A stretch of DNA of 64,000 nt from the NCBI GenBank assembly GCA_964057225.1, contig OZ059899.1, forward strand, positions 3,596,001 to 3,660,000, written 5' to 3'. The notes under the pieces were generated by a model. That model ran no database searches. It was not told the DNA's origin and was given only the letters and a program-made list of their open reading frames with translations. Each line of letters begins with the position of its first letter. The first letter of the stretch is position 1. This document shows, one piece after another, positions 41,060 to 54,000 of the stretch. Source of the DNA: Auanema rhodensis. Its lineage: Eukaryota; Animalia; Nematoda. A program made the position numbers and the translations under genes.

Positions 41060-44000
41060 GCACCGAGATATCAACTGATATAAGTTCACACATATATACC
41101 CGATTTTCACCCTGAAGAATTAATTTTTTCGTTGAATAACCTTGTCCATCGTCTTTGCCTTGAAAAAAGGAATCTAAAAACATCTACTTTTTGCTAAATT
41201 ATCTTGAAATTTTTCGAAAAAATTTTTGTCAAAATGTTTTTGGAAGCAATGTTGAGTGTACATGGAAACTCAACATACACTAATGCATCATTTTTCAAAC
41301 GATCATAACTAATTTTTGTATTAAGCGTTTCTCAATGTAGTATAGTGCATTCGATGCGGATTTTCAAGCTGCGTCGATCTGTGTTATCTGATTTGCGCTA
41401 GCTTAAAAATGCACCGAGATATCAACTGATATAAGTTCACACATATATACCCGATTTTCACCCTGAAGAATTAATTTTTTCGTTGAATAACATTGTCCAT
41501 CGTCTTTGCCTTGAAAAAAGGAATCTAAAAACACCTACTTTTTGCTAAATTATCTTGAAATTTTTCGAAAAAATTTTTGTCAAAATGTTTTTGGAAGCAA
41601 TGTTCAGTGTACATGGAAACTCAACATACACTAATGCATCATTTTTCAAACGATCATAACTAATTTTTGTATTAAGCGTTTCTCAATGTAGTATAGTGCA
41701 TTCGATGCGGATTTTTAAGCTGCGTCGATCTGTGTTATCAGATTTGCGCTAGCTTAAAAATGCACCGAGATATCAACTGATATAAGTTCACACATATATA
41801 CCCGATTTTCACCCTGAAGAATTAATTTTTTCGTTTAATAACCTTGTCCATCGTCTTTGCCTTGAAAAATGGAATCTAAAAGCTTCTACTTTTTGCTAAA
41901 TTATCTTGAAATTTTTCGAAAAAATTTTTGTCAAAATGTTTTTGGAAGCAATGTTGAGTGTACATGGAAACTCAACATACACTAATGCATCATTTTTCAA
42001 ACGATCATAACTAATTTTTGTATTAAGCGTTTCTCAATATAGTATAGTGCATTCGATGCGGATTTTCAAGCTGCGTCGATCTGTGTTATCAGATTTGCGG
42101 TAGCTTAAAAATGCACCGAGATATCAACTGATATAAGTTCACACATATATACCCGATTTTCACCCTGAAGAATTAATTTTTTCGTTGAATAACCTTGTCC
42201 ATCGTCTTTGCCTTGAAAAAAGGAATCTAAAAACATCTACTTTTTGCTAAATTATCTTGAAATTTTTCGAAAAAATTTTTGTCAAAATGTTTTTGGAAGC
42301 AATGTTGAGTGTACATGGAAACTCAACATACACTAATGCATCATTTTTCAAACGATCATAACTAATTTTTGTATTAAGCGTTTCTCAATATAGTATAGTG
42401 CATTCGATGCGGATTTTCAAGCTGCGTCGATCTGTGTTATCAGATTTGCGGTAGCTTAAAAATGCACCGAGATATCAACTGATATAAGTTCACACATATA
42501 TACCCGATTTTCACCCTGAAGAATTAATTTTTTCGTTGAATAACCTTGTCAATCGTCTTTGCCTTGAAAAAAGGAATCTAAAAACATCTACTTTTTGCTA
42601 AATTATCTTGAAATTTTTCGAAAAAATTTTTGTCAAAATGTTTTTGGAAGCAATGTTGAGTGTACATGGAAACTCAACATACACTAATGCATCATTTTTC
42701 AAACGATCATAACTAATTTTTGTATTAAGCGTTTCTCAATGTAGTATAGTGCATTCGATGCGGATTTTCAAGCTGCGTCGATCTGTGTTATCAGATTTGC
42801 GCTAGCTTAAAAATGCACCGAGATATCAACTGATATAAGTTCACACATATATACCCGATTTTCACCCTGAAGAATTAATTTTTTCGTTGAATAACCTTGT
42901 CCATCGTCTTTGCCTTGAAAAAAGGAATCTAAAAACATCTACTTTTTGCTAAATTATCTTGAAATTTTTCGAAAAAATTTTTGTCAAAATGTTTTTGGAA
43001 GCAATGTTGAGTGTACATGGAAACTCAACATACACTAATGCATCATTTTTCAAACGATCATAACTAATTTTTGTATTAAGCGTTTCTCAATGTAGTATAG
43101 TGCATTCGATGCGGATTTTCAAGCTGCGTCGATCTGTGTTATCTGATTTGCGCTAGCTTAAAAATGCACCGAGATATCAACTGATATAAGTTCACACATA
43201 TATACCCGATTTTCACCCTGAAGAATTAATTTTTTCGTTGAATAACATTGTCCATCGTCTTTGCCTTGAAAAAAGGAATCTAAAAACACCTACTTTTTGC
43301 TAAATTATCTTGAAATTTTTCGAAAAAATTTTTGTCAAAATGTTTTTGGAAGCAATGTTCAGTGTACATGGAAACTCAACATACACTAATGCATCATTTT
43401 TCAAACGATCATAACTAATTTTTGTATTAAGCGTTTCTCAATGTAGTATAGTGCATTCGATGCGGATTTTTAAGCTGCGTCGATCTGTGTTATCAGATTT
43501 GCGCTAGCTTAAAAATGCACCGAGATATCAACTGATATAAGTTCACACATATATACCCGATTTTCACCCTGAAGAATTAATTTTTTCGTTTAATAACCTT
43601 GTCCATCGTCTTTGCCTTGAAAAATGGAATCTAAAAGCTTCTACTTTTTGCTAAATTATCTTGAAATTTTTCGAAAAAATTTTTGTCAAAATGTTTTTGG
43701 AAGCAATGTTGAGTGTACATGGAAACTCAACATACACTAATGCATCATTTTTCAAACGATCATAACTAATTTTTGTATTAAGCGTTTCTCAATATAGTAT
43801 AGTGCATTCGATGCGGATTTTCAAGCTGCGTCGATCTGTGTTATCAGATTTGCGGTAGCTTAAAAATGCACCGAGATATCAACTGATATAAGTTCACACA
43901 TATATACCCGATTTTCACCCTGAAGAATTAATTTTTTCGTTGAATAACCTTGTCCATCGTCTTTGCCTTGAAAAAAGGAATCTAAAAACATCTACTTTTT

Positions 44001-47000
44001 GCTAAATTATCTTGAAATTTTTCGAAAAAATTTTTGTCAAAATGTTTTTGGAAGCAATGTTGAGTGTACATGGAAACTCAACATACACTAATGCATCATT
44101 TTTCAAACGATCATAACTAATTTTTGTATTAAGCGTTTCTCAATGTAGTATAGTGCATTCGATGCGGATTTTCAAGCTGCGTCGATCTGTGTTATCTGAT
44201 TTGCGCTAGCTTAAAAATGCACCGAGATATCAACTGATATAAGTTCACACATATATACCCGATTTTCACCCTGAAGAATTAATTTTTTCGTTGAATAACA
44301 TTGTCCATCGTCTTTGCCTTGAAAAATGGAATCTTAAAACATCTACTTTTTGCTAAATTATTTCGAAATTTTTCGAAAAAATTTTTGTCAAAATGTTTTT
44401 GGAAGCAATGTTGAGTGTACATGGAAACTCAACATACACTAATGCATCATTTTTCAAACGATCATAACTAATTTTTGTATTAAGCGTTTCTCAATGTAGT
44501 ATAGTGCATTCGATGCGGATTTTTAAGCTGCGTCGATCTGTGTTATCAGATTTGCGCTAGCTTAAAAATGCACCGAGATATCAACTGATATAAGTTCACA
44601 CATATATACCCGATTTTCACCCTGAAGAATTAATTTTTTCGTTTAATAACCTTGTCCATCGTCTTTGCCTTGAAAAATGGAATCTAAAAGCTTCTACTTT
44701 TTGCTAAATTATCTTGAAATTTTTCGAAAAAATTTTTGTCAAAATGTTTTTGGAAGCAATGTTGAGTGTACATGGAAACTCAACATACACTAATGCATCA
44801 TTTTTCAAACGATCATAACTAATTTTTGTATTAAGCGTTTCTCAATATAGTATAGTGCATTCGATGCGGATTTTCAAGCTGCGTCGATCTGTGTTATCAG
44901 ATTTGCGGTAGCTTAAAAATGCACCGAGATATCAACTGATATAAGTTCACACATATATACCCGATTTTCACCCTGAAGAATTAATTTTTTCGTTGAATAA
45001 CCTTGTCCATCGTCTTTGCCTTGAAAAAAGGAATCTAAAAACATCTACTTTTTGCTAAATTATCTTGAAATTTTTCGAAAAAATTTTTGTCAAAATGTTT
45101 TTGGAAGCAATGTTGAGTGTACATGGAAACTCAACATACACTAATGCATCATTTTTCAAACGATCATAACTAATTTTTGTATTAAGCGTTTCTCAATGTA
45201 GTATAGTGCATTCGATGCGGATTTTCAAGCTGCGTCGATCTGTGTGATCTGATTTGCGCTAGCTTAAAAATGCACCGAGATATCAACTGATATAAGTTCA
45301 CACATATATACCCGATTTTCACCCTGAAGAATTAATTTTTTCGTTGAATAACATTGTCCATCGTCTTTGCCTTGAAAAATGGAATCTTAAAACATCTACT
45401 TTTTGCTAAATTATTTTGAAATTTTTCGAAAAAATTTTTGTCAAAATGTTTTTGGAAGCAATGTTGAGTGTACATGGAAACTCAACATACACTAATGCAT
45501 CATTTTTCAAACGATCATAACTAATTTTTGTATTAAGCGTTTCTCAATGTAGTATAGTGCATTCGATGCGGATTTTTAAGCTGCGTCGATCTGTGTTATC
45601 AGATTTGCGCTAGCTTAAAAATGCACCGAGATATCAACTGATATAAGTTCACACATATATACCCGATTTTCACCCTGAAGAATTAATTTTTTCGTTTAAT
45701 AACCTTGTCCATCGTCTTTGCCTTGAAAAATGGAATCTAAAAGCTTCTACTTTTTGCTAAATTATCTTGAAATTTTTCGAAAAAATTTTTGTCAAAATGT
45801 TTTTGGAAGCAATGTTGAGTGTACATGGAAACTCAACATACACTAATGCATCATTTTTCAAACGATCATAACTAATTTTTGTATTAAGCGTTTCTCAATA
45901 TAGTATAGTGCATTCGATGCGGATTTTCAAGCTGCGTCGATCTGTGTTATCAGATTTGCGGTAGCTTAAAAATGCACCGAGATATCAACTGATATAAGTT
46001 CACACATATATACCCGATTTTCACCCTGAAGAATTAATTTTTTCGTTGAATAACCTTGTCCATCGTCTTTGCCTTGAAAAAAGGAATCTAAAAACATCTA
46101 CTTTTTGCTAAATTATCTTGAAATTTTTCGAAAACATTTTTGTCAAAATGTTTTTGGAAGCAATGTTGAGTGTACATGGAAACTCAACATACACTAATGC
46201 ATCATTTTTCAAACGATCATAACTAATTTTTGTATTAAGCGTTTCTCAATGTAGTATAGTGCATTCGATGCGGATTTTCAAGCTGCGTCGATCTGTGTTA
46301 TCTGATTTGCGCTAGCTTAAAAATGCACCGAGATATCAACTGATATAAGTTCACACATATATACCCGATTTTCACCCTGAAGAATTAATTTTTTCGTTGA
46401 ATAACATTGTCCATCGTCTTTGCCTTGAAAAAAGGAATCTAAAAACATCTACTTTTTGCTAAATTATCTTGAAATTTTTCGAAAAAATTTTTGTCAAAAT
46501 GTTTTTGGAAGCAATGTTCAGTGTACATGGAAACTCAACATACACTAATGCATCATTTTTCAATTGATCATAACTAATTTTTGTATTAAGCGTTTCTCAA
46601 TGTAGTATAGTGCATTCGATGCGGATTTTTAAGCTGCGTCGATCTGTGTTATCAGATTTGCGCTAGCTTAAAAATGCACCGAGATATCAACTGATATAAG
46701 TTCACACATATATACCCGATTTTCACCCTGAAGAATTAATTTTTTCGTTTAATAACCTTGTCCATCGTCTTTGCCTTGAAAAATGGAATCTAAAAGCTTC
46801 TACTTTTTGCTAAATTATCTTGAAATTTTTCGAAAAAATTTTTGTCAAAATGTTTTTGGAAGCAATGTTGAGTGTACATGGAAACTCAACATACACTAAT
46901 GCATCATTTTTCAAACGATCATAACTAATTTTTGTATTAAGCGTTTCTCAATGTAGTATAGTGCATTCGATGCGGATTTTCAAGCTGCGTCGATCTGTGT

Positions 47001-47026
47001 TATCAGATTTGCGCTAGCTTAAAAAT
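41060..47026. repeat. Second 3-monomer higher-order repeat, 5 copies plus 2 inserted monomers
   Basis: TATCTGAT-type monomers at 41060, 42815, 43868, 44921, 45974; GTTTAAT/AAAGCTTC monomers at 41762, 43517, 44570, 45623, 46676. Confidence 0.88.
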
Positions 47027-48077
47027 GCACCGAGATATCAACTGATATAAGTTCACACATATATACCCGATTTTCACCCTGAAGAATTAATTTTTTCGTT
47101 GAATAACATTGTCCATCGTCTTTGCCTTGAAAAAAGGAATCTAAAAACATCTACTTTTTGCTAAATTATTTTGAAATTTTTCGAAAAAATTTTTGTCAAA
47201 ATGTTTTTGGAAGCAATGTTGAGTGTACATGGAAACTCAACATACACTAATGCATCATTTTTCAAACGATCATAACTAATTTTTGTATTAAGCGTTTCTC
47301 AATGTAGTATAGTGCATTCGATGCGGATTTTTAAGCTTCGTCGATCTGTGTTATCAGATTTGCGCTAGCTTAAAAATGCACCGAGATATCAACTGATATA
47401 AGTTCACACTTATATCCTCGATTTTCACCCTGAAGAATTAATTTTTTCGTTGAATAACATTGTCCATCGTCTTTGCCTTGAAAAATGGAATCTTAAAACA
47501 TCTACTTTTTGCTAAATTATTTTGAAATTTTTCGAAAAAATTTTTGTCAAAATGTTTTTGGAAGAAATGTTGAGTGTACATGGAAACTCCATACACTAAT
47601 GCATCATTTTTCAAACGATCATAACTAATTTTTGTATCAAGTGTTTCTCAATGTAGTATAGTGCATTCGATGCGGATTTTTAAGCTGCGTCGATCTGTGT
47701 TATCAGATTTGCGCTAGCTTAAAAATGCACCGAGATATCAACTGATATAAGTTCACACTTATATCCTCGATTTTCACCCTGAAGAATTAATTTTTTCGTT
47801 GAATAACATTGTCTATCGTCTTTGCCTTGAAAAATGGAATCTAAAAACATCTACTTTTTGCTAAATTATTTTGAAATTTTTCGAAAAAATTTTTGTCAAA
47901 ATGTTTTTGGAAGCAATGTTGAGTGTACATGGAAACTCAACATACACTAATGCATCATTTTTCAAACGATCATAACTAATTTTTGTATTAAGCGTTTCTC
48001 AATGTAGTATAGTGCATTCGATGCGGATTTTCAAGCTGCGTCGATCTGTGTTATCAGATTTGCGCTAGCTTAAAAAT

Positions 48078-51000
48078 GCACCGAGATATCAACTGATATA
48101 AGTTCACACATATATACCCGATTTTCACCCTGAAGAATTAATTTTTTCGTTGAATAACCTTGTCCATCGTCTTTGCCTTGAAAAATGGAATCTAAAAGCT
48201 TCTACTTTTTGCTAAATTATCTTGAAATTTTTCGAAAAAATTTTTGTCAAAATGTTTTTGGAAGCAATGTTGAGTGTACATGGAAACTCAACATACACTA
48301 ATGCATCATTTTTCAAACGATCATAACTAATTTTTGTATTAAGCGTTTCTCAATGTAGTATAGTGCATTCGATGCGGATTTTCAAGCTGCGTCGATCTGT
48401 GTTATCAGATTTGCGCTAGCTTAAAAATGCACCGAGATATCAACTGATATAAGTTCACACATATATACCCGATTTTCACCCTGAAGAATTAATTTTTTCG
48501 TTGAATAACATTGTCCATCGTCTTTGCCTTGAAAAAAGGAATCTAAAAACATCTACTTTTTGCTAAATTATTTTGAAATTTTTCGAAAAAATTTTTGTCA
48601 AAATGTTTTTGGAAGCAATGTTCAGTGTACATGGAAACTCAACATACACTAATGCATCATTTTTCAAACGATCATAACTAATTTTTGTATTAAGCGTTTC
48701 TCAATGTAGTATAGTGCATTCGATGCGGATTTTTAAGCTGCGTCGATCTGTGTTATCAGATTTGCGCTAGCTTAAAAATGCACCGAGATATCAACTGATA
48801 TAAGTTCACACATATATCCTCGATTTTCACCCTGAAGAAATACTTTTTTCGTTGAATAACATTGTCTATCGTCTTTGCCTTGAAAAATGGAATCTAAAAA
48901 CATCTACTTTTTGCTAAATTATTTTGAAATTTTTCGAAAAAATTTTTGTCAAAATATTTTTGGAAGCAATGTTGAGTGTACATGGAAACTCAACATACAC
49001 TAATGCATAATTTTTCAAACGATCATAACTAATTTTTGTATTAAGCGTTTCTCAATGTAGTATAGTGCATTCGATGCGGATTTTTAAGCTTCGTCGATCT
49101 GTGTTATCAGATTTGCGCTAGCTTAAAAATGCACCGAGATATCAACTGATATAAGTTCACACTTATATCCTCGATTTTCACCCTGAAGAATTAATTTTTT
49201 CGTTGAATACCATTGTCTATCGTCTTTGCTTTGAAAAATGGAATCTAAAAACATCTACTTTTTGCTAAATTATTTTGAAATTTTTCGAAAAAATTTTTGT
49301 CAAAATGTTTTTGGAAGCAATGTTGAGTGTACATGGAAACTCAACATACACTAATGCATAATTTTTCAAACGATCATAACTAATTTTTGTATTAAGCGTT
49401 TCTCAATGTAGTATAGTGCATTCGATCCGGATTTTTAAGCTGCGTCGATCTGTGTTATCAGATTTGCGCTAGCTTAAAAATGCACCGAGATATCAACTGA
49501 TATAAGTTCACACATATATACCCGATTTTCACCCTGAAGAATTAATTTTTTCGTTGAATAACATTGTCCATCGTCTTTGCCTTGAAAAAAGGAATCTAAA
49601 AACATCTACTTTTTGCTAAATTATCTTGAAATTTTTCGAAAAAATTTTTGTCAAAATGTTTTTGGAAGCAATGTTCAGTGTACATGGAAACTCAACATAC
49701 ACTAATGCATCATTTTTCAAACGATCATAACTAATTTTTGTATTAAGCGTTTCTCAATGTAGTATAGTGCATTCGATGCGGATTTTTAAGCTGCGTCGAT
49801 CTGTGTTATCAGATTTGCGCTAGCTTAAAAATGCACCGAGATATCAACTGATATAAGTTCACACATATATACCCGATTTTCACCCTGAAGAATTAATTTT
49901 TTCGTTGAATAACATTGTCTATCGTCTTTGCCTTGAAAAATGGAATCTAAAAACATCTACTTTTTGCTAAATTATTTTGAAATTTTTCGAAAAAATTTTT
50001 GTCAAAATGTTTTTGGAAGCAATGTTGAGTGTACATGGAAACTCAACATACACTAATGCATCATTTTTCAAACGATCATAACTAATTTTTGTATTAAGCG
50101 TTTCTCAATGTAGTATAGTGCATTCGATGCGGATTTTCAAGCTGCGTCGATCTGTGTTATCAGATTTGCGCTAGCTTAAAAATGCACCGAGATATCAACT
50201 GATATAAGTTCACACATATATACCCGATTTTCACCCTGAAGAATTAATTTTTTCGTTGAATAACCTTGTCCATCGTCTTTGCCTTGAAAAATGGAATCTA
50301 AAAGCTTCTACTTTTTGCTAAATTATCTTGAAATTTTTCGAAAAAATTTTTGTCAAAATGTTTTTGGAAGCAATGTTGAGTGTACATGGAAACTCAACAT
50401 ACACTAATGCATCATTTTTCAAACGATCATAACTAATTTTTGTATTAAGCGTTTCTCAATGTAGTATAGTGCATTCGATGCGGATTTTCAAGCTGCGTCG
50501 ATCTGTGTTATCAGATTTGCGCTAGCTTAAAAATGCACCGAGATATCAACTGATATAAGTTCACACATATATACCCGATTTTCACCCTGAAGAATTAATT
50601 TTTTCGTTGAATAACATTGTCCATCGTCTTTGCCTTGAAAAAAGGAATCTAAAAACATCTACTTTTTGCTAAATTATTTTGAAATTTTTCGAAAAAATTT
50701 TTGTCAAAATGTTTTTGGAAGCAATGTTCAGTGTACATGGAAACTCAACATACACTAATGCATCATTTTTCAAACGATCATAACTAATTTTTGTATTAAG
50801 CGTTTCTCAATGTAGTATAGTGCATTCGATGCGGATTTTTAAGCTGCGTCGATCTGTGTTATCAGATTTGCGCTAGCTTAAAAATGCACCGAGATATCAA
50901 CTGATATAAGTTCACACATATATCCTCGATTTTCACCCTGAAGAAATACTTTTTTCGTTGAATAACATTGTCTATCGTCTTTGCCTTGAAAAATGGAATC

Positions 51001-54000
51001 TAAAAACATCTACTTTTTGCTAAATTATTTTGAAATTTTTCGAAAAAATTTTTGTCAAAATATTTTTGGAAGCAATGTTGAGTGTACATGGAAACTCAAC
51101 ATACACTAATGCATAATTTTTCAAACGATCATAACTAATTTTTGTATTAAGCGTTTCTCAATGTAGTATAGTGCATTCGATGCGGATTTTTAAGCTTCGT
51201 CGATCTGTGTTATCAGATTTGCGCTAGCTTAAAAATGCACCGAGATATCAACTGATATAAGTTCACACTTATATCCTCGATTTTCACCCTGAAGAATTAA
51301 TTTTTTCGTTGAATACCATTGTCTATCGTCTTTGCTTTGAAAAATGGAATCTAAAAACATCTACTTTTTGCTAAATTATTTTGAAATTTTTCGAAAAAAT
51401 TTTTGTCAAAATGTTTTTGGAAGCAATGTTGAGTGTACATGGAAACTCAACATACACTAATGCATAATTTTTCAAACGATCATAACTAATTTTTGTATTA
51501 AGCGTTTCTCAATGTAGTATAGTGCATTCGATCCGGATTTTTAAGCTGCGTCGATCTGTGTTATCAGATTTGCGCTAGCTTAAAAATGCACCGAGATATC
51601 AACTGATATAAGTTCACACATATATACCCGATTTTCACCCTGAAGAATTAATTTTTTCGTTGAATAACCTTGTCCATCGTCTTTGCCTTGAAAAATGGAA
51701 TCTAAAAGCATCTACTTTTTGCTAAATTATCTTGAAATTTTTCGAAAAAATTTTTGTCAAAATGTTTTTGGAAGCAATGTTGAGTGTACATGGAAACTCA
51801 ACATACACTAATGCATCATTTTTCAAACGATCATAACTAATTTTTGTATTAAGCGTTTCTCAATGTAGTATAGTGCATTCGATGCGGATTTTCAAGCTGC
51901 GTCGATCTGTGTTATCAGATTTGCGCTAGCTTAAAAATGCACCGAGATATCAACTGATATAAGTTCACACATATATACCCGATTTTCACCCTGAAGAATT
52001 AATTTTTTCGTTGAATAACATTGTCCATCGTCTTTGCCTTGAAAAAAGGAATCTAAAAACATCTACTTTTTGCTAAATTATTTTGAAATTTTTCGAAAAA
52101 ATTTTTGTCAAAATGTTTTTGGAAGCAATGTTCAGTGTACATGGAAACTCAACATACACTAATGCATCATTTTTCAAACGATCATAACTAATTTTTGTAT
52201 TAAGCGTTTCTCAATGTAGTATAGTGCATTCGATGCGGATTTTTAAGCTGCGTCGATCTGTGTTATCAGATTTGCGCTAGCTTAAAAATGCACCGAGATA
52301 TCAACTGATATAAGTTCACACATATATCCTCGATTTTCACCCTGAAGAAATACTTTTTTCGTTGAATAACATTGTCTATCGTCTTTGCCTTGAAAAATGG
52401 AATCTAAAAACATCTACTTTTTGCTAAATTATTTTGAAATTTTTCGAAAAAATTTTTGTCAAAATATTTTTGGAAGCAATGTTGAGTGTACATGGAAACT
52501 CAACATACACTAATGCATAATTTTTCAAACGATCATAACTAATTTTTGTATTAAGCGTTTCTCAATGTAGTATAGTGCATTCGATGCGGATTTTTAAGCT
52601 TCGTCGATCTGTGTTATCAGATTTGCGCTAGCTTAAAAATGCACCGAGATATCAACTGATATAAGTTCACACTTATATCCTCGATTTTCACCCTGAAGAA
52701 TTAATTTTTTCGTTGAATACCATTGTCTATCGTCTTTGCTTTGAAAAATGGAATCTAAAAACATCTACTTTTTGCTAAATTATTTTGAAATTTTTCGAAA
52801 AAATTTTTGTCAAAATGTTTTTGGAAGCAATGTTGAGTGTACATGGAAACTCAACATACACTAATGCATAATTTTTCAAACGATCATAACTAATTTTTGT
52901 ATTAAGCGTTTCTCAATGTAGTATAGTGCATTCGATCCGGATTTTTAAGCTGCGTCGATCTGTGTTATCAGATTTGCGCTAGCTTAAAAATGCACCGAGA
53001 TATCAACTGATATAAGTTCACACATATATACCCGATTTTCACCCTGAAGAATTAATTTTTTCGTTGAATAACCTTGTCCATCGTCTTTGCCTTGAAAAAT
53101 GGAATCTAAAAGCATCTACTTTTTGCTAAATTATCTTGAAATTTTTCGAAAAAATTTTTGTCAAAATGTTTTTGGAAGCAATGTTGAGTGTACATGGAAA
53201 CTCAACATACACTAATGCATCATTTTTCAAACGATCATAACTAATTTTTGTATTAAGCGTTTCTCAATGTAGTATAGTGCATTCGATGCGGATTTTCAAG
53301 CTGCGTCGATCTGTGTTATCAGATTTGCGCTAGCTTAAAAATGCACCGAGATATCAACTGATATAAGTTCACACATATATACCCGATTTTCACCCTGAAG
53401 AATTAATTTTTTCGTTGAATAACATTGTCCATCGTCTTTGCCTCGAAAAAAGGAATCTAAAAACATCTACTTTTTGCTAAATTATTTTGAAATTTTTCGA
53501 AAAAATTTTTGTCAAAATGTTTTTGGAAGCAATGTTGAGTGTACATGGAAACTCAACATACACTAATGCATAATTTTTCAAACGATCATAACTAATTTTT
53601 GTATTAAGCGTTTCTCAATGTAGTATAGTGCATTCGATGCGGATTTTTAAGCTTCGTCGATCTGTGTTATCAGATTTGCGCTAGCTTAAAAATGCACCGA
53701 GATATCAACTGATATAAGTTCACACTTATATCCTCGATTTTCACCCTGAAGAATTAATTTTTTCGTTGAATAACATTGTCCATCGTCTTTGCCTTGAAAA
53801 ATGGAATCTTAAAACATCTACTTTTTGCTAAATTATTTTGAAATTTTTCGAAAAAATTTTTGTCAAAATGTTTTTGGAAGAAATGTTGAGTGTACATGGA
53901 AACTCCATACACTAATGCATCATTTTTCAAACGATCATAACTAATTTTTGTATCAAGTGTTTCTCAATGTAGTATAGTGCATTCGATGCGGATTTTTAAG

